Positions 10,987 to 22,098 of a stretch of DNA of 64,000 bases are shown piece by piece. The DNA is from Rhodospirillales bacterium (GTDB lineage: Bacteria; Pseudomonadota; Alphaproteobacteria; Bin95). Below the pieces are notes generated by a model, which was not told the DNA's origin, made no database searches, and worked only from the letters and a program-made list of their open reading frames with translations. The stretch is from NCBI GenBank assembly GCA_038143065.1, contig JAYQLI010000035.1, positions 2,176,894 through 2,240,893 of the forward strand, written 5' to 3'. The position numbers and the translations under genes were made by a program. The first letter of the stretch is position 1; each line of letters opens with the position of its first letter.

Positions 10987-12021
10987 TCAGTTTATTTTGT
11001 AGGTGCGAACCGCTGTGTCGTGGAACAGCTGACGTTTTTCGTCGACGCTGTAATCCAGAGTGAGATGCTTGAAAGAATTCCAAAGAGTGTTGTAGCTGCA
11101 ACTGGTCATATCTACAGGAAAGTTTGACTCGAACATGCATCGACTGGTGCCGAAGTGTTCAATGGTATGTTCGTACCAACGTCGAGTTGCCTGCATTAAA
11201 GTTTTGCTAGTTGGTGGTGTGTTATGATACTCCCAGCCAAAGCCGTTGATATCCATATTGATACCACCAAGTTTTGCTAACACATTTTGACAGGTTGCTA
11301 GATCAGCTATTTCTTTCTGCCAGATTGGAAAAATGTCGTCAGCTTTACCCTCATAAGGTCCAATTCCAAGGGGGCCTCCAAAGTGATTTAGAATGATAGT
11401 CGTATCTGGAAATGCCCGTGCTAGTGCTGTCACTTCTTTAAGTTGTGTGTGATAGCACCAGGCTTCAAAAGTCATATTTCTGGGAGCTAATTCGGCAAAC
11501 CCTTCTCTGAATTTTGCATTTGAAAATCGGTCGGGCCCGGATGCATCTTTGGCGCTACGAATCGAATTGTCAGCATCCCACTGGCCCTGGCAGCGAATTC
11601 CACGAAATCGGCCTCCGCCTGCTTGAACATGGGCATCAAGAACTTCGCCAACAGCACTGCCAATATTTAAATTGGCTGAGCCAACGATGGCCGCTGCAAC
11701 CCTGCACTTCCCGTACAAGCCAGAAGCACTCATTGCTGCGATACCATTTACGAACTCTGTTTCTCCAACGCACTTCATGTGCTCTGGACCACTTGCCCTG
11801 TACATCGCTGAGCATTCAATGAACACAGTGCTGAGGATGTTATGACCAGAATTTAAGTCCGACAAAATTTCATCAAGAAGATATTTCGGCGCTACGCGGT
11901 CATGGCGAAACTCCCACAAGTGATGATGAGGATCACAGATCGGCAATTCCGGTTCCAAAGTATCTTCGATGACTTTGTCTAACCATGGTTTATTTTTTGA
12001 AGGAGTCATCATGCCATTCAT
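10987..12021 (-). CDS. Amidohydrolase_2 family metal-dependent hydrolase/lactonase
   Basis: DPHHHLW, LNHFGGP and MFESNFPVD motifs. Confidence 0.9.
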   Translation of the reverse strand: MNGMMTPSKNKPWLDKVIEDTLEPELPICDPHHHLWEFRHDRVAPKYLLDEILSDLNSGHNILSTVFIECSAMYRASGPEHMKCVGETEFVNGIAAMSASGLYGKCRVAAAIVGSANLNIGSAVGEVLDAHVQAGGGRFRGIRCQGQWDADNSIRSAKDASGPDRFSNAKFREGFAELAPRNMTFEAWCYHTQLKEVTALARAFPDTTIILNHFGGPLGIGPYEGKADDIFPIWQKEIADLATCQNVLAKLGGINMDINGFGWEYHNTPPTSKTLMQATRRWYEHTIEHFGTSRCMFESNFPVDMTSCSYNTLWNSFKHLTLDYSVDEKRQLFHDTAVRTYKIN

Positions 12022-12137
12022 TTTGAAAATTCCCGACGTTACAGCGTGCGCTCGTTAGATATTATCCTCAAGTTGTTTGATTGCATTTAATTGCCGCTAT
12101 CCAATAGGCTGTGGTGATAAATTGGGAGAAAATCCTC

Positions 12138-12936
12138 ATGGAAACTACGACTTCAATTCGTGCTGAAGTTCGCTATGTGAATGCTGAATGGAAAGGTCGA
12201 AAAGAAATTCCTCGAATAGGGTCAAGGAAACACGACGGGCTAACACATCCCGTAAGTCGATAGATATTTACGATGCTCGTCCAGGCCTTGCGAATGGCGA
12301 GATCACGCTGGACGGTTCAGGTTTTACGCTCGCAAAGTTTGTGCACGCCGTAGAAGATTTTCGGGATATTGAGGCCACAGCCCGCCGGTACTACCCAGCT
12401 GTTGAAAAGTTGGTGGCCAATCTTTCTGGAGCAAAGGAGGTATTTGTCCGGGATCATTTGGTCCGAACAGAGATTCCGATTGATTTCAATGATGGATACG
12501 CACGATTTGTTCATTGCGACTATAACATGAAGCGATTGAGGGAGATGTCGGAGTCTTTGTTGGAGACTAGGGTATTGAGCCGAATAAAGACTGGACCTAC
12601 GCATGGTTTAACACCTGGCAGCCTTTTGACAACCCAGCCGTCAACAATCCGCTGGCTTTTATAGATTGGCAGTCATTGCCAGAAGATGACGTAATTGACT
12701 ACTTTTATACAGGTCGAAATAGAGAGAGTTTTGTAGCCGCCCCCGTTTATAATCCAGATCACGTTTGGCGCTATGTGCCGTCAATGTCGCCAGATGAAAT
12801 TCTGATTTTTAAACAGATGGACGGAAGGCGTAATGCATCTGTTTATTGCCCTCATACCTCTTTTGATAATCCTGAAGCTCCGGACGATGCTCCTCCGCGT
12901 CGAAGTGTTGAGACACGGTTGCTGGCAGTGTTTTAG
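12138..12936 (+). CDS. CmcJ/NvfI (AsaB-like) family oxidoreductase; frameshifted
   Basis: LDGSGFTL, VHCDY, PHTSF and RRSVETR. ATG at 12138 follows a GGGAG RBS; ORF pieces 12188-12664 and 12676-12936. Confidence 0.78.
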
Positions 12937-13024
12937 AGAGATTAAAGAGAGACATTGCTAAATAAAAAATCTTTAACTTAGGTAAAAATTAGGCGTGGTT
13001 CAGTATGCAGAACTGCCGACTCAT

Positions 13025-14142
13025 TTAACGAATTTGTGAAGAATTCGCAGCATCAATCGCTTCAGGTAGAGCCCTTTCAAATGCGGCCAAGTTTTCTGGG
13101 AGACCTGCACTGACTCGAATACAGCGATCTTGAGGCGCTGCAAACGGCATCCGGACAAAAATACCTCTGGCGACAAGTTCATTCAAAATGGCACGCGCAA
13201 AAGCGCCGTCTCTACCGCAGTCTATGGCGACAAAGTTGGCTGCACTGTCCAGGGGTTGGAGATTATTTGCAGCGGCGATGCGCCCAATCTCAGAGCGGGA
13301 TGTTTCAACTAGTTTTCTTACATTGAGTAGCCAGTTTTGATCCCGCACCGAGGCAAGAGCGCCAGCCTGGGCGATACTGTTCACACCAAAGTGGTTACGT
13401 ACTTTATTGAATGCTAAAGCCAGCCCTGCCTCGGCAATTCCATAGCCTACTCTCGCACCAGCCACACCAAAGGCTTTAGAAAATGTGCGGAACCTAATAA
13501 CCCGCGGGTTGTCTACATCGATGGGAGGCGCCGTTAACTCTGGAGCAAACTCAATGTAGGCTTCATCAAGGCAAAGGATTGAGCCTTCTGGCACTGCGTC
13601 AATCATTGTTTGAACGGAATTTGCGTTATGCGAACTTCCCATTGGGTTATCTGGATTAGCTAGGTAAATTAGTGCTGCAGAGTTTGCCATAGATGCAGCA
13701 AGTAAGGCTTCGAGATCTTCTTTGTCGTCTTTGTAGGGCACTAATTCTAGTCGCCCCCAAAGCCTGCTACGTGATAATTAAAGGTCGGATATGCCCCTAG
13801 CGAAGTTACTACTGGGGTCTGCTCAGAGACCGTCAACCTAACTAGATTTCCCAAAAGAGCATCAATACCCTCGCCAACTACGATGTTATCGGGCCGTACT
13901 CCATGCAACTTGGCCAACTCTTGCTTCAGGTCATAATTCTCAGGGTCGCAATAACGCCAGACTTCTGAAGCAGCTAGCCGCATGGCTTCCAAAGCTTTAG
14001 GTGATGGGCCAAATACGCTTTCATTAGCTCCTATACGAGCTTGAAATGGGTTGCCTATTTGCCGTTCCTGAGTTTCAGGTCCAACGAACGGCACGGTTGA
14101 GGGCAATGATGCAGTCAGTGATGTGAATGGATAGTTTTGCAT
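13025..14142 (-). CDS. PLP-dependent aminotransferase, HisC-like; frameshift near 13755
   Basis: RIGANES, LANPDNPMG, LDEAY and RTFSKAFGVAGARVGY. Confidence 0.88.
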
Positions 14143-14225
14143 CTATGGCCTTAGATTGGCTGAAATTTAGACTGGTTTATCGCAGCCGATAGAGCCGCTA
14201 AACTTTAACCCTAGCTATATCAAAA

Positions 14226-14561
14226 TCATGGCTCACCTGGAGCTGGATCAAAATGTTCTTCTAGTTTGTTTTTAACGTCCACCCAGTCATCCGCATCGGA
14301 GGGACTGTCTCCTTTTCGGGTGATGTTAGGCCAAGACTCTGAGTAGTCTCTGTTAAACTCTACCCATTTCTCTGCCCCTACTTCCGTATCAGGCTTGATA
14401 GCTTCAATCGGACATTCTGGCTCGCACACACCACAGTCAATACATTCGTCGGGATGGATCACAAGCATATTTGCGCCGACGTAGAAGCAGTCTACAGGGC
14501 ATACTTCCACGCAATCCATGTATTTGCACTTAATGCAGTTATCTGTGACGACGTAGGTCAT
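14226..14561 (-). CDS. fdxA: 7Fe ferredoxin
   Basis: [27 protein letters not shown]...[12 protein letters not shown]. Confidence 0.96.
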   Translation of the reverse strand: MTYVVTDNCIKCKYMDCVEVCPVDCFYVGANMLVIHPDECIDCGVCEPECPIEAIKPDTEVGAEKWVEFNRDYSESWPNITRKGDSPSDADDWVDVKNKLEEHFDPAPGEP

Positions 14562-14718
14562 TGGCTGCTAGCTTCCTAAAGTATGAGAATTAACTTTACA
14601 GGCGGTATATCGCGACCAGAACTTGCAATCAATCAAAGTTGCGTCCGAAAAGTTTGGCCATTCAGAAGCAATAAATTATCCTCACGGCGACTCACAAGTC
14701 CATGGAGACAAAATCCCG

Positions 14719-15765
14719 ATGCCAAAAGCTTTCTTGACAACCGTTGTAGGATCAATGCCGAAGCGGCCCTGGCTTATGAGAGATAGAATAGCCTTGGATG
14801 GTAAAAAGGACCATTTTGGCAAGGGCCCCGAGTGGGTTTTGGAGGGCGCAGCACTTTCCGAAGCACAAGATGATGCTGTACGCGTCGTTGTCTCTCAGCA
14901 AGAGCAAGCAGGGATCGATATTATATCCGATGGGGAGCAACGTCGGACTAATTATGTAACGACTGTAGTTAGAGGCTTGGATGGTTTTGACTTCGAATCA
15001 TTAAAGGAAAAAACCATGCGAGCCGGCCGTCGCAAAGTAATGGCTGCTCGCTGCATCGGAGAGATAAAACATACCAGGCCTTTAGTTGTTGACGATGTAA
15101 AATTTCTTAAAAGCGTCACAAATCGTAAAATCAAAGCAACCTTGCCAGCACCCATGACGATTGTGGACAGTATTAATAACGACTTCTACGGTGATCCTAA
15201 GTCTTTCGCTTTTGCATGGGCAGAGGAAATTAATAAAGAGGCAAGGCTTTTAGAGGCGGCTGGTGCCGATGTTATCCAGTTTGATGAGCCAGTTTTCTCT
15301 CGTTATCCGGACGAAGCGGCAGATTGGGGTATTGAAGCGCTTGATCGTTGCGTCGACGGCCTATCTGTAACAACAGCAGTGCATATTTGTTACGGATATC
15401 CCCAACCTGGCTTGGAACGGCCTATACCTGACGCCTATCCAACAGTTGTTGCCGCGCTTGAGCGCTCTAAAATTGATCAACTTGCCTTGGAGTTTGAGGG
15501 TTCAAAACTCAATCCAGAAATTTTGAAATTATGCCCAACAAAGACAGTTTTGTTTGGCTGTGTTTTCAATTCTGATGGAGTGATGGAGACCGCTGAACAT
15601 GTTGCAGACAGACTGTTAAAAGCGGCCGAAGCCTTGTCGCCAGAACAGATCCAGGCGGCTCCTGATTGTGGTCTTGCGCCAATGTCACCTGCTAAGGCTT
15701 TTCAGAAGTTAAAGGTAATGTGTGAAGGAGCAGCGCTTGCTCGGAAGCGTGCAGGTTTGGAATAG
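14719..15765 (+). CDS. Cobalamin-independent methionine synthase II family protein (single-barrel MetE-like)
   Basis: TTVVGSMPK, DGEQRR, QFDEP, and Zn ligands HICYG, E, PDCG. ATG 14719 follows GGAG. Confidence 0.85.
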   Translation: MPKAFLTTVVGSMPKRPWLMRDRIALDGKKDHFGKGPEWVLEGAALSEAQDDAVRVVVSQQEQAGIDIISDGEQRRTNYVTTVVRGLDGFDFESLKEKTMRAGRRKVMAARCIGEIKHTRPLVVDDVKFLKSVTNRKIKATLPAPMTIVDSINNDFYGDPKSFAFAWAEEINKEARLLEAAGADVIQFDEPVFSRYPDEAADWGIEALDRCVDGLSVTTAVHICYGYPQPGLERPIPDAYPTVVAALERSKIDQLALEFEGSKLNPEILKLCPTKTVLFGCVFNSDGVMETAEHVADRLLKAAEALSPEQIQAAPDCGLAPMSPAKAFQKLKVMCEGAALARKRAGLE

Positions 15766-15777
15766 GAGGGTCAAAAG

Positions 15778-16959
15778 TTGCCTATTATAAATCGCATAGC
15801 CGAACTGAAGGAGGAAATGACCGAGTGGCGTCGAGAAATGCATATGCATCCCGAGACAGCTTTTGAAGAGGAGTGGACGAGCGCGTTTATACTCAGACGC
15901 CTAGAGACCTTTGGTATGGACGAAATTCATACTGGCATCGCTAAAACAGGCATTGTCGCAGTTTTGAAGGGTCAAGAAGAGGGACCGGCAATAGGTCTGC
16001 GTGCTGACTTTGATGCGCTTGAAATCCTTGAATTAAATGACGTTTCCTACAAATCAAAAATCCCGGGCAAAATGCATGCATGTGGTCATGATGGCCACAC
16101 TGCGATGCTCCTTAGGGCAGCCAAATACATGGCTGAAACGAGAAATTTTCGGGGAACAGTATATTTCATTTTCCAACCTGCGGAGGAGAATGAGGGCGGC
16201 GGTCGAGTGATGGTGGAGGACGGTCTTTTTGATCGGTTTCCGATGACAGCTGTTTATGGCATGCATAATTCACCAGGTGTGCCGATTGGCCATATCACTA
16301 TGGGATCCGGCCCAATGATGGCAGGGTACGACATATTCGAAATAATAATTGATGGTTATGGTACCCACGCGGCCCGTCCGCATCAGGGCGTTGATCCTGT
16401 GATCATTCAGGCGCAAATTGTTATGGCACTGCAAACGATTGCTTCAAGGCAAACTGATGCATTGGACAGTGTGGTCCTTTCTATTACGCAGGTACACGGA
16501 GGTGACACCTGGAACGTGATACCGCAGCAGGTCATCCTCAGAGGCACGGTGAGGTGTTTTTCCCCCCAGGTCCAAGACCTGGTTGAAGACAAAATGCGAA
16601 AGCAATGTGCGGCAATTGCCCAGGCTTTTGATGCAAATGTCACCGTCAATTATGAACGTCGCTACCCACCAACGATCAATGATCCGGAACAAACAAAATT
16701 TTGTGCTGAGGTGGCTTGTGATCTTGCAGGCCCAGATAACGTGAACACTAATGCTCGACCAGTGATGGGATCAGAGGATTTTTCATTTATGTTACAGGAA
16801 AAGCCTGGGTGTTACATACGTATGGGCAATGGAGGGCCAGGTGAATTTGGATCTGTTGTTGTTCATAATCCACGATATGATTTTAATGACGATGCGTTGC
16901 CGTGGGGGGCTAGCTATTGGGCGCAGCTTGTAGAAAAGGCTCTGCCACGGCAAAAGTAA
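15778..16959 (+). CDS. M20 family amidohydrolase (hippurate hydrolase-like)
   Basis: HMHPE, LRADFDAL, MHACGHDGH, FQPAEE and GSEDF. Confidence 0.93.
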   Translation: MPIINRIAELKEEMTEWRREMHMHPETAFEEEWTSAFILRRLETFGMDEIHTGIAKTGIVAVLKGQEEGPAIGLRADFDALEILELNDVSYKSKIPGKMHACGHDGHTAMLLRAAKYMAETRNFRGTVYFIFQPAEENEGGGRVMVEDGLFDRFPMTAVYGMHNSPGVPIGHITMGSGPMMAGYDIFEIIIDGYGTHAARPHQGVDPVIIQAQIVMALQTIASRQTDALDSVVLSITQVHGGDTWNVIPQQVILRGTVRCFSPQVQDLVEDKMRKQCAAIAQAFDANVTVNYERRYPPTINDPEQTKFCAEVACDLAGPDNVNTNARPVMGSEDFSFMLQEKPGCYIRMGNGGPGEFGSVVVHNPRYDFNDDALPWGASYWAQLVEKALPRQK

Positions 16960-17118
16960 AAAAGCTATCGTCAGCTGAAATTGGTTGATGTTTTCAACCA
17001 AGAAAAAGGTTGGCTTTGTCAGTTAAAATTCGTCGAGGGGATCAAGCTCCGAGTTACCTGCAGCAATAGCCTTAGAATAGAAACCTAGGATAATTAAAAA
17101 GCTTTAAGGGATAAATCA

Positions 17119-17495
17119 ATGCCTATTTCTAAAGAACATCTTGAGTTTGTTGTTCCTGATATGAGCGAAGGTTGGGAGACCCCTGCAGGATATCCCGTGG
17201 GTATCAAACAGAAAATTCTTGCTGGATCTCTCGATGATATAAAGAAATCAGGTAGCCGTACCCGGCTTCTGCGTTTTGATCCAGGTGTTTTCACAACAGA
17301 GCCATTTGTGCATGAACACTGGGAAGAGGTATATGTCCTCTCAGGAGATCTTTGGGTTGGCAATGATCAGCAAGGCAATGGCGGTAGAAAGTGTGATCGA
17401 ATACTTACGCTTGCCGACCGCCAGGAGCTTATCATGGTCCCTTTAAGTCTGAGGGCGGCTGCATGCTTCTTGAAATCCATTATTACGATTCATAG
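17119..17495 (+). CDS. ChrR-like cupin domain protein; frameshift near 17395
   Basis: RTRLLRFDPG and FVHEHWEEVYVLSG. The restored C-terminus YACRPPGAYHGPF ends at TAG 17493-17495. Confidence 0.8.
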
Positions 17496-17537
17496 CCAGT
17501 GCTATGTGAGCTGAGTAAGATGGCACTGAAAAAGAAC

Positions 17538-18740
17538 CTAGAGGCTAAATACGGCGCCTGAATCTAAGCCCTTGCGTATTTCATCATCTGAAAAACCAAA
17601 CTTAGCCAAGATTTCTTCTGTATTTGCCCCCTTAGCAGGGGCTGGGTATCGTGTTTCAGCATAAGCTCCATTCAGTTTTATGGGCGTTCCCATAGCAAGC
17701 GGTGCGTTAGGCGCCATTGTCTCTACTATAGGTAGCCAACTTGTAATTGCAGTGTCAGATGCAACGTCACCAAAGTCATTAATTGGTCCGGCAAGAATGT
17801 CAGCAGCTTGTAGCCTCTCTATCCACTCTTTTGCTGAGGCTGAAGCTAGCATTGGCTCAATTATTTCATCAATTTTCTTCCGATTTGCTACCCGATTAGC
17901 GTTAGTTCGATATCTTGGATCATCAATCAAGGGTTCTAGTCCCATCACACCGCAAAATTTAGCCCAGTGGGAGTCTCTCAGAATAGCTATAGAGATATAT
18001 CGACCATCGCCTGCTCTGTAAGCACCAGCTGGTGCGAGGTTCATATTCGAATTTCCTTGCCTTTTAGGAGGAACGCCAGAAGCAAGGAAACGTGTGTAGC
18101 CTGCGGTCATCATTCCCAGCGCTGCAGCCATAAGGCTTATCTCAATATTTGCACCGCCGTTACCTGATAAGCGATTATAAAGTGCAAGAAGAATTCCCTG
18201 CACGGCAGCATTGCCGGCGGCCATATCTATTAGCGGAAAACCCACTCTTGTAGGAGGGCCATTTGGTTCACCAACCAGGCTCATCAGCCCACTCATAGCC
18301 TGAATAATTGTATCGCTTGCAGGCTGTTGCGCGTAAGGACCTTCCAATCCAAAGCCTGAAATAATGCAATAAATCAAATTAGGATTTATGGATTGGCAGT
18401 TGGAGTAATCGAAACCTAATTTTGCCATCACACCGGGGCGATAATTAGAGATCAAAATATCTGCCTGGCTGATCATACGAGAGAGAATTTTGGCCCCGTC
18501 CGCTGTTCCTGCATTTAGGCCAATATTTCGCTTGTTTCGGTTCAGAGAAATAAACTGTCCATTCTCTTGCCCATCCACTTCGTTGTGGTCTGCAGGGCGG
18601 GACCAATCACCAGCCGGCCTTTCAACCTTAATTACATCGGCTCCCATATCAGCAAGAGCCATGGCGGCATAGGGGCCTGCAACACCCTCTGTCATGTCTA
18701 TGACGGAAATTTTTTCTAGGATTCCGTGGCCTATTTTCAT
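17538..18740 (-). CDS. Class III CoA transferase (CaiB/BaiF)
   Basis: AGPYAAMALADMGADVIKVE, NRNKR, NYRPG and IDMAAG. Confidence 0.93.
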   Translation of the reverse strand: MKIGHGILEKISVIDMTEGVAGPYAAMALADMGADVIKVERPAGDWSRPADHNEVDGQENGQFISLNRNKRNIGLNAGTADGAKILSRMISQADILISNYRPGVMAKLGFDYSNCQSINPNLIYCIISGFGLEGPYAQQPASDTIIQAMSGLMSLVGEPNGPPTRVGFPLIDMAAGNAAVQGILLALYNRLSGNGGANIEISLMAAALGMMTAGYTRFLASGVPPKRQGNSNMNLAPAGAYRAGDGRYISIAILRDSHWAKFCGVMGLEPLIDDPRYRTNANRVANRKKIDEIIEPMLASASAKEWIERLQAADILAGPINDFGDVASDTAITSWLPIVETMAPNAPLAMGTPIKLNGAYAETRYPAPAKGANTEEILAKFGFSDDEIRKGLDSGAVFSL

Positions 18741-18908
18741 TTTATTCTCTCTTTTTAGGGGTGCCAGCTTGAATTTGGCCTAGTATAACACCTAACATAA
18801 GAAGTTAAGAATTTAGGAGTCCGCATACCGTCCACATATCCAGGATAATGGAGGCGTGGGTTTGGGAGCGACAATTGATCAACTGCTAACTAGTTAGGAA
18901 GCAACGGC

Positions 18909-21167
18909 ATGGACGCGGTAACGCAAGATAACAAATGGATTGGTAAAAGCACGATCCGTCCCGACGGCGTCGATAAAGTTACGGGCATGGCCCGTTACGG
19001 TGCAGACGGAGATATGCCCGGTATGGTTTGGGGAAAGGTTCTGCGCAGTCCCCATGCTCACGCAAAAATTAAGTCAATCGACACATCTGCCGCGGAAGCG
19101 ATGAAGGGTGTGTTGGCTGTTATGACTGGTGATGACCTCCCAGTTCTCCCGCTTGATATCCCGCGCCCGATGGGTCCACAGGATCTTCGTTGGGTTTGTC
19201 GCAATACTATTGCTCATGACAAAACCATGTATGTGGGCCATGCTGTGGCGGCAATTGCAGCTACTTCTCAACCAATTGCAGAAGCGGCTCTTGCTGCCAT
19301 AAAGGTAGACTATGAAGTTCTACCTCATGTGGTTGAAATTGAAGACGCCATAAAAGAAGACGCGCCTATCGTACACGATTGGATCCGCACGTCTGGCGTA
19401 GAGCCAGCACCTCAAAAACCGTCAAATATAGCTTCGGTTCTTACAGAGAAGGCAGGCGATGTTGAGGCAGGCTTTGCTGCCGCCGAAGTTATAATTGAGA
19501 GGACTTTCAAAACAGCCGCTGTTCACCAAGCTTACATTGAGCCGCATGCATGCACGGTCCATTACGGAAAGGATGGACAATCGACAATTTGGTCGAGTAG
19601 CCAGGGACAATTCATGGTCCGTTACGTAACTTCTGTGCTAACTGGCATGGCAGTCGGTGACATTAAGGCAATTCCAGCAGAGATCGGTGGTGGTTTCGGT
19701 GGTAAGACCATTGTTTATCTCGAGCCTCTGGCAATGGTGCTCTCAAAGAAGTGTGGGCGCCCTGTGAAGATGCAGATGTCTCGCGAGGAAGTATTCCGTG
19801 CGACTGGTCCAACTTCTGGCTCCGTAAGCCATATTAAGCTGGGCGTTTCTAAAGAGGGAAAGATAACGGCTGTCGAGACCGACTACTATTATCAAGCAGG
19901 AGCTTGGCCTGGGTCTCCAGTAGCCAGAGCAGTGTATTTCCCATATTCCAGTTATAAGATTGATAATGCAGTAGTTCGCGGTTTTGACGTCGTGTCGAAC
20001 CGCCAAAAAGTTAATGCTTACCGTGCTCCAGGAGCGCCTGGGGGCAACTATCCTCTTGAATGCGCGCTTGATGAGGCAGCCGATAAGCTTGGTATAGATC
20101 CTCTCGAATTGCGTAAAAAGAATATGATTGGGGCAGATGAACCAACTTTCTTTGGCGCAAAGATTGGCACTCACGGCATGTTGGAATGTATTGAGGCGAT
20201 TGAGCAACATCCTAATGCCAAGATCCCTCTTGGTCCGAACCAAGGTCGTGGGGTTGCTGTTGGCTACTGGGGTAATGCTGGTGGCGAATCCAGTGCTCAG
20301 CTTCATATCAACGAAGATGGGACAGCCCTTGTTATCTCTGGCCATCCAGATGTAGGTGGTAGCCGGGCATCTATGGTCAATATTGCTGCAGAGCTTTTGG
20401 GGATAGACTACCGCAAAGTTCGAGCTCAGATCGGAGATACCAATGCGGTTGGCATAAGTGCTGTCACCGGCGGAAGTCGCGTAACGTTTGCGTCGGGTAT
20501 GGCTGTCAACCAGGCTACACGTAAAGTCATCGACGTGTTGCGTTCTAGAGCTGCTGCAAAGTGGGGCATTGATGTTGAGGCCGTGGAGTGGGCAGATGGC
20601 GAAGCTCGCCCAGCCGGTCAAAATGCGGGCGAGTTTGATCCTCTTACACTTGAAGATATTGCCGGTGCTGGTGGAGAGCCTATTGCAGCGTCAGTATCGA
20701 TCAATGCAACAGGTCATCAGGGTTCATTCGCAGCCCAAATGGTTGATGTGGAGGTTGATCCAGAAACTGGGCATGTGAAGGTTCTTCGTTTCACCGCCTC
20801 ACAGGATGTGGGACGCGCGATCCATCCGGACTATTGTGCAGGTCAGATCCAGGGCGGAGTTGTTCAAGGTATTGGTTGGGCTCTTAATGAAGAGTACATC
20901 TATGCAAAGAACGGTGATGTCGATAACGCGGGCTTCCTTGATTACCGAATTCCGGTTGCCAGTGATCTTCCTAACATCACCCCAATAATGGTCGAGGTGC
21001 CAAACGATAAGCACCCATACGGCGTTAAGGGTGTTGGTGAAACCACTATCGTACCTCCTCTGGCCGCTATCGCGAATGCGGTTTCGCATGCGATCGGTCG
21101 TCGGATGACGGAGCTTCCAATGGCACCACCTAAAGTTCTGGCGGCCATAAGTGCTTCAGAAGATTAA
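18909..21167 (+). CDS. Xanthine dehydrogenase family molybdopterin-binding (large) subunit
   Basis: KVTGMARY, RSPHAHA, GGGFGGK, YRAPG, GQIQGG and KGVGE. Confidence 0.93.
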   Translation: MDAVTQDNKWIGKSTIRPDGVDKVTGMARYGADGDMPGMVWGKVLRSPHAHAKIKSIDTSAAEAMKGVLAVMTGDDLPVLPLDIPRPMGPQDLRWVCRNTIAHDKTMYVGHAVAAIAATSQPIAEAALAAIKVDYEVLPHVVEIEDAIKEDAPIVHDWIRTSGVEPAPQKPSNIASVLTEKAGDVEAGFAAAEVIIERTFKTAAVHQAYIEPHACTVHYGKDGQSTIWSSSQGQFMVRYVTSVLTGMAVGDIKAIPAEIGGGFGGKTIVYLEPLAMVLSKKCGRPVKMQMSREEVFRATGPTSGSVSHIKLGVSKEGKITAVETDYYYQAGAWPGSPVARAVYFPYSSYKIDNAVVRGFDVVSNRQKVNAYRAPGAPGGNYPLECALDEAADKLGIDPLELRKKNMIGADEPTFFGAKIGTHGMLECIEAIEQHPNAKIPLGPNQGRGVAVGYWGNAGGESSAQLHINEDGTALVISGHPDVGGSRASMVNIAAELLGIDYRKVRAQIGDTNAVGISAVTGGSRVTFASGMAVNQATRKVIDVLRSRAAAKWGIDVEAVEWADGEARPAGQNAGEFDPLTLEDIAGAGGEPIAASVSINATGHQGSFAAQMVDVEVDPETGHVKVLRFTASQDVGRAIHPDYCAGQIQGGVVQGIGWALNEEYIYAKNGDVDNAGFLDYRIPVASDLPNITPIMVEVPNDKHPYGVKGVGETTIVPPLAAIANAVSHAIGRRMTELPMAPPKVLAAISASED

Positions 21168-21193
21168 GACTTAAAAAGATACTAAATTATGCA

Positions 21194-21230
21194 GCGGCAG
21201 CGTCATTATTATGACGCTGCCGTTTTTCTT
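21194..21230 (+). terminator. Rho-independent terminator
   Basis: CGGCAGCGTCAT-tatt-ATGACGCTGCCG hairpin followed by a T-tract, between convergent genes. Confidence 0.85.
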
Positions 21231-21244
21231 TTCTCATCTAAATT

Positions 21245-22011
21245 TTATGTTCTTAGCACCGAGTAGGCGCGGCTTAGGACGCCAACCGAAGCAACTAATG
21301 AGAGATAATAAAAAAGCAATACCCCTACAAATACCAGGTATTGGCTACCTACCGCAGCCCCTAAGGCCGTCAAAGCCATAACAAGTATGGCTCCCAGGAA
21401 TCCTAGAGTTAACCAAGTTACAATTAACGCTTGTGCAATTTGCGCGGTATAACCCTTTACCAAACCCATTGCATCTACAAAACCTGTTTGGTTCCCTAAT
21501 GCAGCGGCCGGCATTGCTAAGCCAAGTTTAGCCCAAATGAAGGCATATCCACTGATCACAAAAACCGCGGTTATAATCATTCCAAATACAGAACTGGCCA
21601 TAAGCACAGGAGCAAAAATCTGGGTTACGATGTTAATGGCCATCATGCAAAGCCATATTGTTATAAGCCTCCCAAGGTACCGCCATTCACGAATATCCCA
21701 TCCAAAAAGGCGCCCATTTTCGCGTTGCACTTCACCAGTTACTAGAAGTCGATGCCAACCAGTAAATGCAGGCACCAGTGCTAACGTGGCGAAGAGTGAA
21801 CCGAAGCTCATGTGACCAATAATTGTCAGCAATTCTGATTCTAAACCTTTGCTGCTCTCCGAGGGGGAACTGCCAATCGAGCCATCACAGCAAAGAGTAC
21901 AAGGACCAGTAGTGAGGGAGTGCAAAGAGTTAGAAGTGTTCCAAAGCGGGTGAATAGATTACTCAGGGCATATCCCATAAGATCTCTTACACTTAGTGTT
22001 TTTTCAGCCAT
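21245..22011 (-). CDS. Hypothetical integral membrane protein; probable frameshift near 21870
   Basis: Several hydrophobic helices and a WHR motif. ATG 22011 follows a GGAAG RBS. Confidence 0.6.
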
Positions 22012-22098
22012 TTAATTAACTCTTCCTTGCTCTTCCACCGGGACGTCCCGCAGCAGAACGTTTATCTTATTTTTATAATGCTGGAGAAAACTTTGAAT

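Noticed and set aside
19743-20621. 292-aa antisense ORF and other long overlapping ORFs
   Set aside because: Shadow frames of well-supported genes on the opposite strand, with no recognisable motifs.
18909-21167. Aerobic CO dehydrogenase large subunit (coxL form I)
   Set aside because: It lacks the AYxCSFR motif and has no adjacent coxM or coxS.
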